From assembly GCA_032718475.1 (NCBI GenBank), contig JAUCBJ010009121.1:1-63370 (forward strand): 63,370 bases of DNA. Direction: 5' to 3'. The stretch is from Nemertoderma westbladi. Its lineage: Eukaryota > Animalia > Xenacoelomorpha. The translations under genes were made by a program, and so were the position numbers. Under the pieces are notes generated by a model that had not been told where the DNA came from, did no database searches, and was given only the letters and a program-made list of their open reading frames with translations. Below, piece after piece: positions 1 to 12,000 of the stretch; the first letter of the stretch is position 1; each line of letters opens with the position of its first letter.

Positions 1-2343
1 GAGTTAGTGAGTGGCCTGTAGGGCCTACTTAGGTGAGTTAGTGGCCTGTAGGGCCTACTTAGGTGAGTTAGTGAGTGGCCTGTAGGGCCTACTTAGGTGA
101 GTAGATGGCCTGTAGGGCCTACTTAGGTGAGTTAGTGAGGCCTGTAGGGCCTACTTAGGTGAGTTAGTGAGTGGCCTGTAGGGCCTACTTAGGTGAGTTA
201 GTGGCCTGTAGGGCCTACTTAGGTGAGTTAGTGAGTGGCCTGTAGGGCCTACTTAGGTGAGTTAGTGGCCTGTAGGGCCTACTTAGGTGAGTAGTGGCCT
301 GTAGGGCCTACTTAGGTGAGTTAGTGAGTGGCCTGTAGGGCCTACTTAGGTGAGTTAGTGAGTGGCCTGTAGGGCCTACTTAGGTGAGTTAGTGGCCTGT
401 AGGGCCTACTTAGGTGAGTTAGTGGCCTGTAGGGCCTACTTAGGTGAGTAGTGGCCTGTAGGGCCTACTTAGGTGAGTTAGTGAGTGGCCTGTAGGGCCT
501 ACTTAGGTGAGTAAGTGGCCTGTAGGGCCTACTTAGGTGAGTTAGTGAGTGGCCTGTAGGGCCTACTTAGGTGAGTTAGTGAGTGGCCTGTAGGGCCTAC
601 TTAGGTGAGTAGTGAGTGGCCTGTAGGGCCTACTTAGGTGAGTTAGTGAGTGGCCTGTAGGGCCTACTTAGGTGAGTTAGTGAGTGGCCTGTAGGGCCTA
701 CTTAGGTGAGTTAGTGAGTGGCCTGTAGGGCCTACTTAGGTGAGTAGTGGCCTGTAGGGCCTACTTAGGTGAGTTAGTGAGTGGCCTGTAGGGCCTACTT
801 AGGTGAGTTAGTGAGGCCTGTAGGGCCTACTTAGGTGAGTTAGTGAGTGGCCTGTAGGGCCTACTTAGGTGAGTTAGTGAGTGGCCTGTAGGGCCTACTT
901 AGGTGAGTTAGTGAGTGGCCTGTAGGGCCTACTTAGGTGAGTTAGTGAGTGGCCTGTAGGGCCTACTTAGGTGAGTTAGTGAGTGGCCTGTAGGGCCTAC
1001 TTAGGTGAGTAGTGGCCTGTAGGGCCTACTTAGGTGAGTTAGTGAGTGGCCTGTAGGGCCTACTTAGGTGAGTTAGTGAGTGGCCTGTAGGGCCTACTTA
1101 GGTGAGTAGTGGCCTGTAGGGCCTACTTAGGTGAGTTAGTGAGTGGCCTGTAGGGCCTACTTAGGTGAGTAGTGGCCTGTAGGGCCTACTTAGGTGAGTA
1201 GTGGTCCTGTAGGGCCTACTTAGGTGAGTTAGTGAGTGGCCTGTAGGGCCTACTTAGGTGAGTGTAGTGGCCTGTAGGGCCTACTTAGGTGAGTAGTGGC
1301 CTGTAGGGCCTACTTAGGTGAGTAGTGGCCTGTAGGGCCTACTTAGGTGAGTTAGTGAGTGGCCTGTAGGGCCTACTTAGGTGAGTTAGTGAGTGGCCTG
1401 TAGGGCCTACTTAGGTGAGTAGTGGCCTGTAGGGCCTACTTAGGTGAGTTAGTGAGTGGCCTGTAGGGCCTACTTAGGTGAGTTAGTGGCCTGTAGGGCC
1501 TACTTAGGTGAGTTAGTGAGTGGCCTGTAGGGCCTACTTAGGTGAGTTAGTGGCCTGTAGGGCCTACTTAGGTGAGTAGTGGCCTGTAGGGCCTACTTAG
1601 GTGAGTTAGTGAGTGGCCTGTAGGGCCTACTTAGGTGAGTTAGTGAGTGGCCTGTAGGGCCTACTTAGGTGAGTTAGTGAGTGGCCTGTAGGGCCTACTT
1701 AGGTGAGTTAGTGAGTGGCCTGTAGGGCCTACTTAGGTGAGTTAGTGGCCTGTAGGGCCTACTTAGGTGAGTTAGTGAGTGGCCTGTAGGGCCTACTTAG
1801 GTGAGTTAGTGGCCTGTAGGGCCTACTTAGGTGAGTAGTGGCCTGTAGGGCCTACTTAGGTGAGTTAGTGAGTGGCCTGTAGGGCCTACTTAGGTGAGTT
1901 AGTGAGTGGCCTGTAGGGCCTACTTAGGTGAGTTAGTGAGTGGCCTGTAGGGCCTACTTAGGTGAGTTAGTGAGTGGCCTGTAGGGCCTACTTAGGTGAG
2001 TAGTGGCCTGTAGGGCCTACTTAGGTGAGTTAGTGAGTGGCCTGTAGGGCCTACTTAGGTGAGTTAGTGAGTGGCCTGTAGGGCCTACTTAGGTGAGTTA
2101 GTGGGGCCTGTAGGGCCTACTTAGGTGAGTAGTGGCCTGTAGGGCCTACTTAGGTGAGTAGTGGCCTGTAGGGCCTACTTAGGTGAGTTAGTGAGTGGCC
2201 TGTAGGGCCTACTTAGGTGAGTTAGTGAGTGGCCTGTAGGGCCTACTTAGGTGAGTTAGTGAGTGGCCTGTAGGGCCTACTTAGGTGAGTTAGTGGCCTG
2301 TAGGGCCTACTTAGGTGAGTAGTGGCCTGTAGGGCCTACTTAG
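1..2343. repeat. Tandem array, 29-34 bp unit (GTGAGTTAGTGAGTGGCCTGTAGGGCCTACTTAG and shorter variants), about 70-75 copies, runs off the window start; intronic to the dynein gene
   Basis: Directly visible periodicity; length variants differ by loss of GAGT or T; core GTAGG-G-CCTAC is an inverted repeat. Confidence 0.98.
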
Positions 2344-2587
2344 AGTTTTGGTTTGTAATTCCTTATAAAGTGACCACCATGGTTTATACATACAGCAGCA
2401 CATTCACGTAGCATATTCACAGTTCACACCGCAAATATCTTCGTCCTTTTGAATGATATATTATCTATAATATTTTGGAAGGAAAATTTTTGCAAAAATA
2501 ATCATATTTGGTAAATTTAGAGGAGAATCAAAATTCACAATAATTCAGTAGGTCTAGTTAAAATTAAATGATATGGATTGCTCTAAC

Positions 2588-2780
2588 CTCGGTTTTTTTA
2601 TTTGATCCAGTAACGAGTTGAACTTTGCCATTCTTCCTTTCCAGTAATCCAACTCCGCTGAGGGTCCGATGTCGTCAGCTTCCCTTCTGATCTGTTCGGT
2701 TTCCGCCAGCACTTGTTCGATTTGACGGCACCATAGTTTCAGGAGAAGCTCCAACTTCTCGGTTGTTTCACTGCTAGCGG
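2588..2780 (-). CDS. DNAH5: Axonemal outer-arm dynein heavy chain (DNAH5/DNAH8-like), 4th exon in window, N-terminal DHC_N1 region
   Basis: Translates ASSETTEKLELLLKLWCRQIEQVLAETEQIRREADDIGPSAELDYWKGRMAKFNSLLDQIKKP, matching the recalled DNAH5/8 motif W..Q.EQVLAE..Q...EADD.GP.AEL..WK.R..KFN.LL.Q.K. Acceptor ttattacctcacag, donor AG|gttaga; 193 nt = 2+63x3+2, phase-compatible with exon 17713-17896. DNAH5 versus DNAH8 not resolvable. Confidence 0.93.
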
Positions 2781-2848
2781 CTGTGAGGTAATAAAAAGTG
2801 ATTTATTTCTTTGCGTGTTGAATTACTTTAATTAATTTGCACTACCAA

Positions 2849-3803
2849 CAGGGGCGTGCCGAGGCATTCGTGCGCCCGGGGGCTAGAGTGGATTTTTCGC
2901 CCCCACCCCGCAGAAAAAATTTTCAAACTGTTAAATTTTGCGTTGGTTTGAAGCTATAGGGGTTTTCAAGGCCGCTGATCACGATACAACTCGTTAAAAT
3001 AATTTATGGTAACGCAACTATCATTTTAGGTGCTTGTCTGATGGGACGAAAAAAACAAGTAGCGTAAAATTTCAAACGGCAAAAAACGAATTTTGTTGTA
3101 TAATACTGTAGGATAGGCCCTATATTTTAGTGTCATATTCGTGATCAGAATCCCAGAAAACCCCTAATGACATAAAATCAGGTTGATTTGGATTTTTCAT
3201 TATGAATTTGTGCTACGTGTATTTTTTGTGCCACATATTAACACGTATCCAAAAAAGCCGTAATCAATAAGGTACAATATTATTCAGTGTCATATTCGTG
3301 ATCAGCATCCTAAAAACACATGTGTCATAAAATCAATTTGAATTCGTGTGATTTTTCATTATCATATTTCCACTACTTGTTTTTCATGCCCCAGGGCCCC
3401 GCACTTTTAAAATTACCAATAATTTTCTCGAATGTTTTATTTGAGTTCTATAATTGTGATCAGCATCCAAAAAACCGATATATACCGCAAATAAATTAAT
3501 TTTAGTGAACTCATAAAAACTTTGGAAAATTTTAGCACAAAAATACTGGAGATGTGTGTCAGAAAGGGACCACAACACGAAAACTAACATAGCCATGTAA
3601 ACGGCGTTTTCGCTGTTGGATAGCCTAATACATTTTCGGAAATGTCAGGAAATATCGGTTTTACAAACAAATCTGACTCAATAATACATATAAACTACAA
3701 AAAATTTATAAAATGACCCCCCACCCCGTGTCAAATACGGTTAAGCAACGAAAAAGTACCTATTTCAGAAAATAATTTCGTATTACATGGGGTTTCAATT
3801 TGT

Positions 3804-3834
<31 letters not shown>

Positions 3835-4122
3835 CTGTGGAAGAGTGCACCCGGGCCGCCAAGTCATTAAACCGGCCCTGCTAGTAGCCACCCATTTTAG
3901 TGATGTACGGGTACAAGACCTGTACTGACTTCTATAGAGAAATTAATTGTATTTTAAATTATATTAAGGTAAAACAATTTTTGGGTTTGGTTAATGTGTG
4001 TCCAGTGCTGGTGACAATAGCTAAATCGCCCCCGAAAATCCATCAACTGTGTCTGTCTGTTTTACATTTTTTTCGCCGCCCGGTGGCAATAGACACCCCG
4101 ACCCCCCCTCGGCACGCCACTG
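2849..4122. mobile_element. Non-autonomous hAT-like DNA transposon (MITE)
   Basis: TIR CAGGGGCGTGCCGAGG / CCTCGGCACGCCACTG; perfect 8-bp TSD ACTACCAA at 2841-2848 and 4123-4130; no transposase; internal G run of about 31 nt near 3824-3854 and a stray second hAT-like end (CCGGCCCTG, about 3872-3880). Confidence 0.88.
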
Positions 4123-4204
4123 ACTACCAAATGGCATACGGCAACATATTTTCGAACTTTATATCACAGAACCAGAGCGACATTATTTCTGAACTACATA
4201 AGTT

Positions 4205-4282
4205 CCACCTTGGAGTAACTAATGGTTGCCTTGAACATACAAGTCTCCGGAGGTCGGGTGAGTCCAATCCCGGCAGGGTATT
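4205..4282 (+). mobile_element. Possible degenerate tRNA-derived SINE head
   Basis: A-box-like TGGAGTAACTAATGG and B-box-like GAGTCCAATCCC at tRNA-like spacing; poorly conserved, no clear cloverleaf. Confidence 0.25.
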
Positions 4283-4872
4283 CCCAATCCTTACACTTTA
4301 CACCATGGCCCGGAATATAATGTAATAGATTCGGGGCCCTGGACCTAATCCTAATCCGCTAACGGATACGGTTCCCCCAGACTGTATCCACGGCGACCAA
4401 GGGTGACAGATTCCGCTGTTATCGCTTTTCCATGAACACCCACCCCACACCGGCCGGCCAACCCGGCCATACTACTGGCAATCAGTTCAGTACTGCTCGC
4501 ACACAGGGTCGAGATCGGCACGGAAACGCCCAGTATTTGTTGGGGCAGAAGCATCGCCGTCCATCTTGCTGGCCAACGCCGACACAAGGGTGGGACAGTA
4601 GAGTCAGGAACTCATACCGGTATCATAAACAATTTCAAAATCAGTTTGGTTATTTTATATTATTTAATTCCCTTGTATGGTTTAAATTTCCCGCCTTTTG
4701 CTCATTTGATAATATAAACAACAAGAGGGTACTACAAGGCATAGTACTAACTGTATTACTGCTCGCACACAACTGTAGTACCTCTACCGGTAGGGGGAAC
4801 TACTAAAAGTAAACTACAGAACTATGGGTACAGCTTGTATACTGGAGTGTTAATTACAGCAGTGCAATCGCA

Positions 4873-6174
4873 ATGCGAATGCAAAAAAAATTGATTAGAT
4901 TAATACTTCTTTGTAGTTTTATTGTAGGAGGGTTGTATTTCTTGTATGAATGGAAGAAGACTAGGCCTATATCCTATAAAAAGAGACTGACTAATAATAA
5001 TAATAATGAATATCTTGATGCCTTCAAACAGCAATTCCTAAAAGTAAACTCTGAAGGGGATCTCGATGAACACATTGTGTCGGTAACCAGTGACATCGCA
5101 AAGGTAGTCAACGTTACCACTTGCAATTACAACGTCCATATATTCTACTACGCGTGGTTCCGTTCTGTAAGTCAGGATGGGGCGTGGAGTCACTGGAACC
5201 ACGAATATATTCCACACTGGAAACCCAAAGTGGCTGCCAAGTACCGGACCGGGAGACATTACCCCCCTGACGACATAGGCGCTAATTACTATCCTTTGCT
5301 TGGTCCTTATAGCTCTTTGAACATGACTGTTTTAGAGTTACATATGATTTGGATCCTTAAGGCGGGGGCTGGAGTACTTGTCCTCTCGTGGTATCCACCA
5401 GGACTCGCCGATGATAATGGACCCCAGGTTGACCAGTATGTACGCACAATTCTAGATATCGCAAACAAATTTCAACTTAAAATAGCTTTCCATATCGAGC
5501 CGTTTGAGAATCGGAACGTAGAGACGATGCTGGCAGCTCTTCGCTACCTATTGGACACATATGGCGACCACCCTGGTATGTACAAATACACGGACGGGCG
5601 GCCTTTGATCTATGTGTACGACTCGTATTTGATAGACTGGCACTCCTGGAGGGAACTCCTGGACCCTTTGGGAAGTTATACGATTCGAGGTACTCGTTAC
5701 GACTGTCTCCTCATCGGTTTATTAGTCGACGAGGCCCATCAACGTGAGATAATTAATGCTGGGTTCGACGGGTTCTACACCTACTTTGGTGCGGATGGGT
5801 TTACTTTCGGCTCGACCCGTACTAACTGGGCATCATGCGCTAAGTTCGCTCGCTCGCACGGGAAACTCTTCATTCCTTCCGTCTCTCCCGGGTATTGTGA
5901 CACTAGAGTGCGGCCATGGAACGGGGGAAATGACCGACACCGCCAAAACGGGGCTTACATGGAGGAGGGTTGGAGAGTGGCGGAAGCCGCCAAACCACAT
6001 ATAATTGGTGTAACTTCCTGGAATGAATGGCATGAAGGAACCCAAATAGAACCGGCCATACCATTCAGTTACCCGGGTTATGTTTACTCAGATTACACCA
6101 GCGATGGCGGCCCATTCCATTATATTGAATCTACTAGGAGAAATATTGAGCGGTGGTGTGGAAACATTGAGTGA
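4873..6174 (+). CDS. MANEA: Glycoprotein endo-alpha-1,2-mannosidase (GH99), 433 aa, single-exon CDS, nested antisense in a dynein intron
   Basis: Type II membrane N-terminus (basic tail + hydrophobic LILLCSFIVGGLYFLY); GH99 motifs HIFYYAWF, HWNH, PPDDIGANYYPLLGPYSS, SWYPPG, FHIEP, YVYDSY, GFDGFYTYF, PGYCDTRVRPWN and catalytic TSWNEWHEGTQIEPA; uninterrupted ORF. Confidence 0.95.
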   Translation: MRMQKKLIRLILLCSFIVGGLYFLYEWKKTRPISYKKRLTNNNNNEYLDAFKQQFLKVNSEGDLDEHIVSVTSDIAKVVNVTTCNYNVHIFYYAWFRSVSQDGAWSHWNHEYIPHWKPKVAAKYRTGRHYPPDDIGANYYPLLGPYSSLNMTVLELHMIWILKAGAGVLVLSWYPPGLADDNGPQVDQYVRTILDIANKFQLKIAFHIEPFENRNVETMLAALRYLLDTYGDHPGMYKYTDGRPLIYVYDSYLIDWHSWRELLDPLGSYTIRGTRYDCLLIGLLVDEAHQREIINAGFDGFYTYFGADGFTFGSTRTNWASCAKFARSHGKLFIPSVSPGYCDTRVRPWNGGNDRHRQNGAYMEEGWRVAEAAKPHIIGVTSWNEWHEGTQIEPAIPFSYPGYVYSDYTSDGGPFHYIESTRRNIERWCGNIE

Positions 6175-8793
6175 TGGTGTGGAAACATTGAGTGATGGTG
6201 TGGAAACATTGAGTGATGGTGTGGAAACATTGAGTGATGGTGTGGAAACATTGAGTGATGGTGTGGAAACATTGAGTGATGGTGTGGAAACATTGAGTGA
6301 TGGTGTGGAAACATTGAGTGATGCTGTGGAAACATTGAGCGATGGTGTGGAAACATTGAGTGATGGTGTGGAAACATTGAGTGATGGTGTGGAAACATTG
6401 AGTAATGGTGTGGAAACATTGAGTGATGGTGTGGAAACATTGAGTGATGGTGTGGAAACATTGAGTGATGGTGTGGAAACATTGAGTGATGGTGTAGAAA
6501 CATTGAGTGATGGTGTGGAAACATTGAGTGATGGTGTGGAAACATTGAGTAATGGTGTGGAAACATTGAGTGATGATGTGGAAACATTGAGTTATGGTGT
6601 GGAAACATTGAGTGATGGTGTGGAAACATTGAGTAATGGTGTGGAAACATTGAGTAATGGTGTGGAAACATTGAGTGATGGTGTGGAAACATTGAGTGAT
6701 GGTGTGGAAACATTGAGTGATGGTGTGGAAACATTGAGTGATGGTGTGGAAACATTGAGTGATAGTGTGGAAACATTGAGTGATGGTGTGGAAACATTGA
6801 GTGATGGTGTGGAAACATTGAGTGATGGTGTGGAAACATTGAGTGATGGTGTGGAAACATTGAGTGATGGTGTGGAAACATTGAGTGATGGTGTGGAAAC
6901 ATTAAGTGATGGTGTGGAAACATTGAGTGATGGTGTGGAAACATTGAGTGATGGTGTGGAAACATTGAGTGATGGTGTGGAAACATTGAGTGATGGTGTA
7001 GAAACATTGAGTGATGGTGTGGAAACATTGAGTGATGGTGTGGAAACATTGAGTGATGATGTGGAAACATTGAGTGATGATGTGGAAACATTGAGTGATG
7101 ATGTGGAAACATTGAGTTATGGTGTGGAAACATTGAGTAATGGTGTGGAAACATTGAGTGATGGTGTGGAAACATTGAGTGATGGTGTGGAAACATTGAG
7201 TGATGGTGTGGAAACATTGAGTGATGGTGTGGAAACATTGAGTGATGGTGTGGAAACATTGAGTGATGGTGTGGAAACATTGAGTGATGGTGTGGAAACA
7301 TTGAGTGATGGTTTGGAAACATTGAGTGATGGTGTGGAAACATTGAGTGATGGTGTGGAAACATTGAGTGATGGTGTGGAAACATTGAGTGATGGTGTAG
7401 AAACATTGAGTGATGGTGTGGAAACATTGAGTGATGGTGTGGAAACATTGAGTTATGGTGTGGAAACATTGAGTGATGGTGTGGAAACATTGAGTGATGG
7501 TGTGGAAACATTGAGTGATGGTGTGGAAACATTGAGTGATGGTGTGGAAACATTGAGTGATGGTGTGGAAACATTGAGTGATGGTGTGGAAACATTGAGT
7601 GATGGTGTGGAAACATTGAGTGATGGTGTGGAAACATTGAGTGATGGTGTGGAAACATTGAGTGATGGTGTGGAAACATTGAGTGATGGTGTGGAAACAT
7701 TGAGTGATGGTGTGGAAACATTGAGTGATGGTGTGGAAACATTGAGTGATGGTGTGGAAACATTGAGTGATGGTGTGGAAACATTGAGTGATGGTGTGGA
7801 AACATTGAGTGATGGTGTGGAAACATTAAGTGATGGTGTGGAAACATTAAGTGATGGTGTGGAAACATTAAGTGATGGTGTGGAAACATTGAGTGATGGT
7901 GTGGAAACATTGAGTGATGGTGTGGAAACATTGAGTGATGGTGTAGAAACATTGAGTGATGGTGTGGAAACATTGAGTGATGGTGTGGAAACATTGAGTG
8001 ATGATGTGGAAACATTGAGTGATGATGTGGAAACATTGAGTTATGGTGTGGAAACATTGAGTTATGGTGTGGAAACATTGAGTAATGGTGTGGAAACATT
8101 GAGTGATGGTGTGGAAACATTGAGTGATGGTGTGGAAACATTGAGTGATGGTGTGGAAACATTGAGTGATGGTGTGGAAACATTGAGTGATGGTGTGGAA
8201 ACATTGAGTGATGGTGTGGAAACATTGAGTGATGGTGTGGAAACATTGAGTGATGGTTTGGAAACATTGAGTGATGGTGTGGAAACATTGAGTGATGGTG
8301 TGGAAACATTGAGTGATGGTGTGGAAACATTGAGTGATGGTGTGGAAACATTGAGTGATGGTGTAGAAACATTGAGTGATGGTGTGGAAACATTGAGTGA
8401 TGGTGTGGAAACATTGAGTTATGGTGTGGAAACATTGAGTGATGGTGTGGAAACATTGAGTGATGGTGTGGAAACATTGAGTGATGGTGTGGAAACATTG
8501 AGTGATGGTGTGGAAACATTGAGTGATGGTGTGGAAACATTGAGTGATGGTGTGGAAACATTGAGTGATGGTGTGGAAACATTGAGTGATGGTGTGGAAA
8601 CATTGAGTGATGGTGTGGAAACATTGAGTGATGGTGTGGAAACATTGAGTGATGGTGTGGAAACATTGAGTGATGGTGTGGAAACATTGAGTGATGGTGT
8701 GGAAACATTGAGTTATGGTGTGGAAACATTGAGTTATGGTGTGGAAACATTGAGTGATGGTGTGGAAACATTGAGTGATGGTGTGAAAACATT
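6148..8793. repeat. 21-bp tandem array (GAGTGATGGTGTGGAAACATT), about 125 copies, starting inside the last MANEA codons
   Basis: In the MANEA frame the unit reads GAG TGA TGG TGT GGA AAC ATT (E * W C G N I); no indels across the array. Confidence 0.98.
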
Positions 8794-9096
8794 TTATTTT
8801 TGTAAATATTTTTTTCACTGAGTTTGGATTATACCTTATATTTTTAAGGGTTCTTACACTTAATTTGGTTATTTTATTGGTTAATTTGGTTAATTATTTT
8901 TAAGGGGTCGTTTTTCCATGTAATGTTATTTTATGCATAAACCTGCGACGGCTCTTCAGGCTTGACAAGAACTCTCAAAATCCCGGTAAACTTCATCGAT
9001 TATGATTCAGGGTTAGGGTTACATGACAATTAATTACAATTAGGGTTTGTGCCTGACAAACAAACCCTAACCAAAAAATATACATCACCCACAACT

Positions 9097-12000
9097 TGAT
9101 CCAATGCCTGGACTGTCTACTGGTACCAGAACCAATGCCTAAGACTGTCTACTGGTACCAGAACCAATACCTGGACTGTCTACCGGTACCAGACCCAATG
9201 CATGGACTGTCTACCGGTACCAGATCCAATGCCTGGACTGTCTACCGGTACCAGACCCAATGCATGGACTGTCTACCGGTACCAGAACCAATGCCAGGAC
9301 TGTCTACCGGTACCAGATCCAATGCCTGGACTGTCTACCGGTACCAGAACCAATGCCTGGACTGTCTACCGGTACCAGACCCAATGCATGGACTGTCTAC
9401 CGGTACCAGAACCAATGCCTGGACTGTCTACCGGTACCAGATCCAATGCCTGGACTGTCTACCGGTACCAGACCCAATGCCTGGACTGTCTACCGGTACC
9501 AGATCCAATGCATGGACTGTCTACCGGTACCAGACCCAATGCCTGGACTGTCTACCGGTACCAGATCCAATGCATGGACTGTCTACCGGTACCAGAACCA
9601 ATGCATGGACTGTCTACCGGTACCAGAACCAATGCCTGGACTGTCTACCGGTACCAGACCCAATGCATGGACTGTCTACCGGTACCAGATCCAATGCCTG
9701 GACTGTCTACCGGTACCAGACCCAATGCATGGACTGTCTACCGGTACCAGAACCAATGCCAGGACTGTCTACCGGTACCAGATCCAATGCCTGGACTGTC
9801 TACCGGTACCAGAACCAATGCCTGGACTGTCTACCGGTACCAGACCCAATGCATGGACTGTCTACCGGTACCAGAACCAATGCATGGACTGTCTACCGGT
9901 ACCAGATCCAATGCCTGGACTGTCTACCGGTACCAGATCCAATGCCTGGACTGTCTACCGGTACCAGATCCAATGCATGGACTGTCTACCGGTACCAGAA
10001 CCAATGCATGGACTGTCTACCGGTACCAGAACCAATGCCTGGCCTGTCTACCGGTACCAGACCCAATGCATGGACTGTCTACCGGTACCAGATCCAATGC
10101 CTGGACTGTCCACCGGTACCAGACCCAATGCATGGACTGTCTACCGGTACCAGAACCAATGCCAGGACTGTCTACCGGTACCAGATCCAATGCCTGGACT
10201 GTCTACCGGTACCAGAACCAATGCCTGGACTGTCTACCGGTACCAGACCCAATGCATGGACTGTCTACCGGTACCAGAACCAATGCATGGACTGTCTACC
10301 GGTACCAGAACCAATGCATGGACTGTCTACCGGTACCAGATCCAATGCCTGGACTGTCTACCGGTACCAGACCCAATGCCTGGACTGTCTACCGGTACCA
10401 GACCCAATGCATGGACTGTCTACCGGTACAAGACCCAATGCCTGGACTGTCTACCGGTACCAGACCAAATGCCTGGACTGTCTACCGGTACCAGATCCAA
10501 TGCATGGACTGTCTACCGGTACCAGATCCAATGCCTGGACTGTCTACCGGTACCAGACCCAATGCATGGACTGTCTACCGGTACCAGAACCAATGCCAGG
10601 ACTGTCTACCGGTACCAGATCCAATGCCTGGACTGTCTACCGGTACCAGAACCAATGTCTGGACTGTCTACCGGTACCAGAACCAATGCATGGACTGTCT
10701 ACCGGTACCAGATCCAATGCCTGGACTGTCTACCGGTACCAGATCCAATGCCTGGACTGTCTACCGGTACCAGATCCAATGCATGGACTGTCTACCGGTA
10801 CCAGATCCAATGCATGGACTGTCTACCGGTACCAGAACCAATGCATGGACTGTCTACCGGTACCAGATCCAATGCCTGGACTGTCTACCGGTACCAGACC
10901 CAATGCATGGACTGTCTACCGGTACAAGACCCAATGCATGGACTGTCTACCGGTACCAGACCCAATGCCTGGACTGTCTACCGGTACCAGACCAAATGCC
11001 TGGACTGTCTACCGGTACCAGATCCAATGCCTGGACTGTCTACCGGTACCAGATCCAATGCCTGGACTGTCTACCGGTACCAGACCCAATGCCTGGACTG
11101 TCTACCGGTACCAGATCCAATGCATGGACTGTCTACCGGTACCAGAACCAATGCATGGACTGTCTACCGGTACCAGAACCAATGCCTGGACTGTCTACCG
11201 GTACCAGACCCAATGCATGGACTGTCTACCGGTACCAGATCCAATGCCTGGACTGTCTACCGGTACCAGACCCAATGCATGGACTGTCTACCGGTACCAG
11301 AACCAATGCCTGGACTGTCTACCGGTACCAGATCCAATGCCTGGACTGTCTACCGGTACCAGATCCAATGCCTGGACTGTCTACCGGTACCAGGACCAAT
11401 GCATGGACTGTGTACCGGTACCAGAACCAATGCATGGACTGTCTACCGGTACCAGATCCAATGCCTGGACTGTCTACCGGTACCAGACCCAATGCCTGGA
11501 CTGTCTACCGGTACCGGAACCAATGCATGGACTGTCTACCGGTACCAGAACCAATGCATGGACTGTCTACCGGTACCAGATCCAATGCCTGGACTGTCTA
11601 CCGGTACCAGATCCAATGCCTGGACTGTCTACCGGTACCAGACCCAATGCATGGACTGTCTACCGGTACCAGAACCAATGCCTGGACTGTCTACCGGTAC
11701 CAGATCCAATGCCTGGACTGTCTACCGGTACCAGATCCAATGCCTGGACTGTCTACCGGTACCAGAACCAATGCATGGACTGTGTACCGGTACCAGAACC
11801 AATGCATGGACTGTCTACCGGTACCAGATCCAATGCCTAGACTGTCTACCGGTACCAGACCCAATGCCTAGACTGTCTACCGGTACCGGAACCAATGCAT
11901 GGACTGTCTACCGGTACCAGAACCAATGCATGGACTGTCTACCGGTACCAGATCCAATGCCTGTACTGTCTACCGGTACCAGACCCAATGCCTGGACTGT

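Noticed and set aside
1-2343. Telomeric (TTAGG) array
   Set aside because: Only one TTAGG per 29-34 bp unit, and the dynein gene must continue beyond it.
3384-4806. Short ORFs of 70-141 aa upstream of MANEA
   Set aside because: No recognisable domains; two lie in or overlap the hAT MITE and the rest overlap each other on opposite strands.
6172-8780. Selenoprotein-like poly-UGA readthrough extension of MANEA
   Set aside because: No SECIS recognised, GH99 enzymes are not known selenoproteins, and some units have TAA at that position (first near 6403).
6080-8821. 913-aa (SDGVETL)n ORF and the antisense (HHHSMFP)n and (CFHTITQ)n ORFs
   Set aside because: By-products of a 21-bp unit that lacks stops in some frames; they overlap the MANEA end out of frame and have no unique domain.
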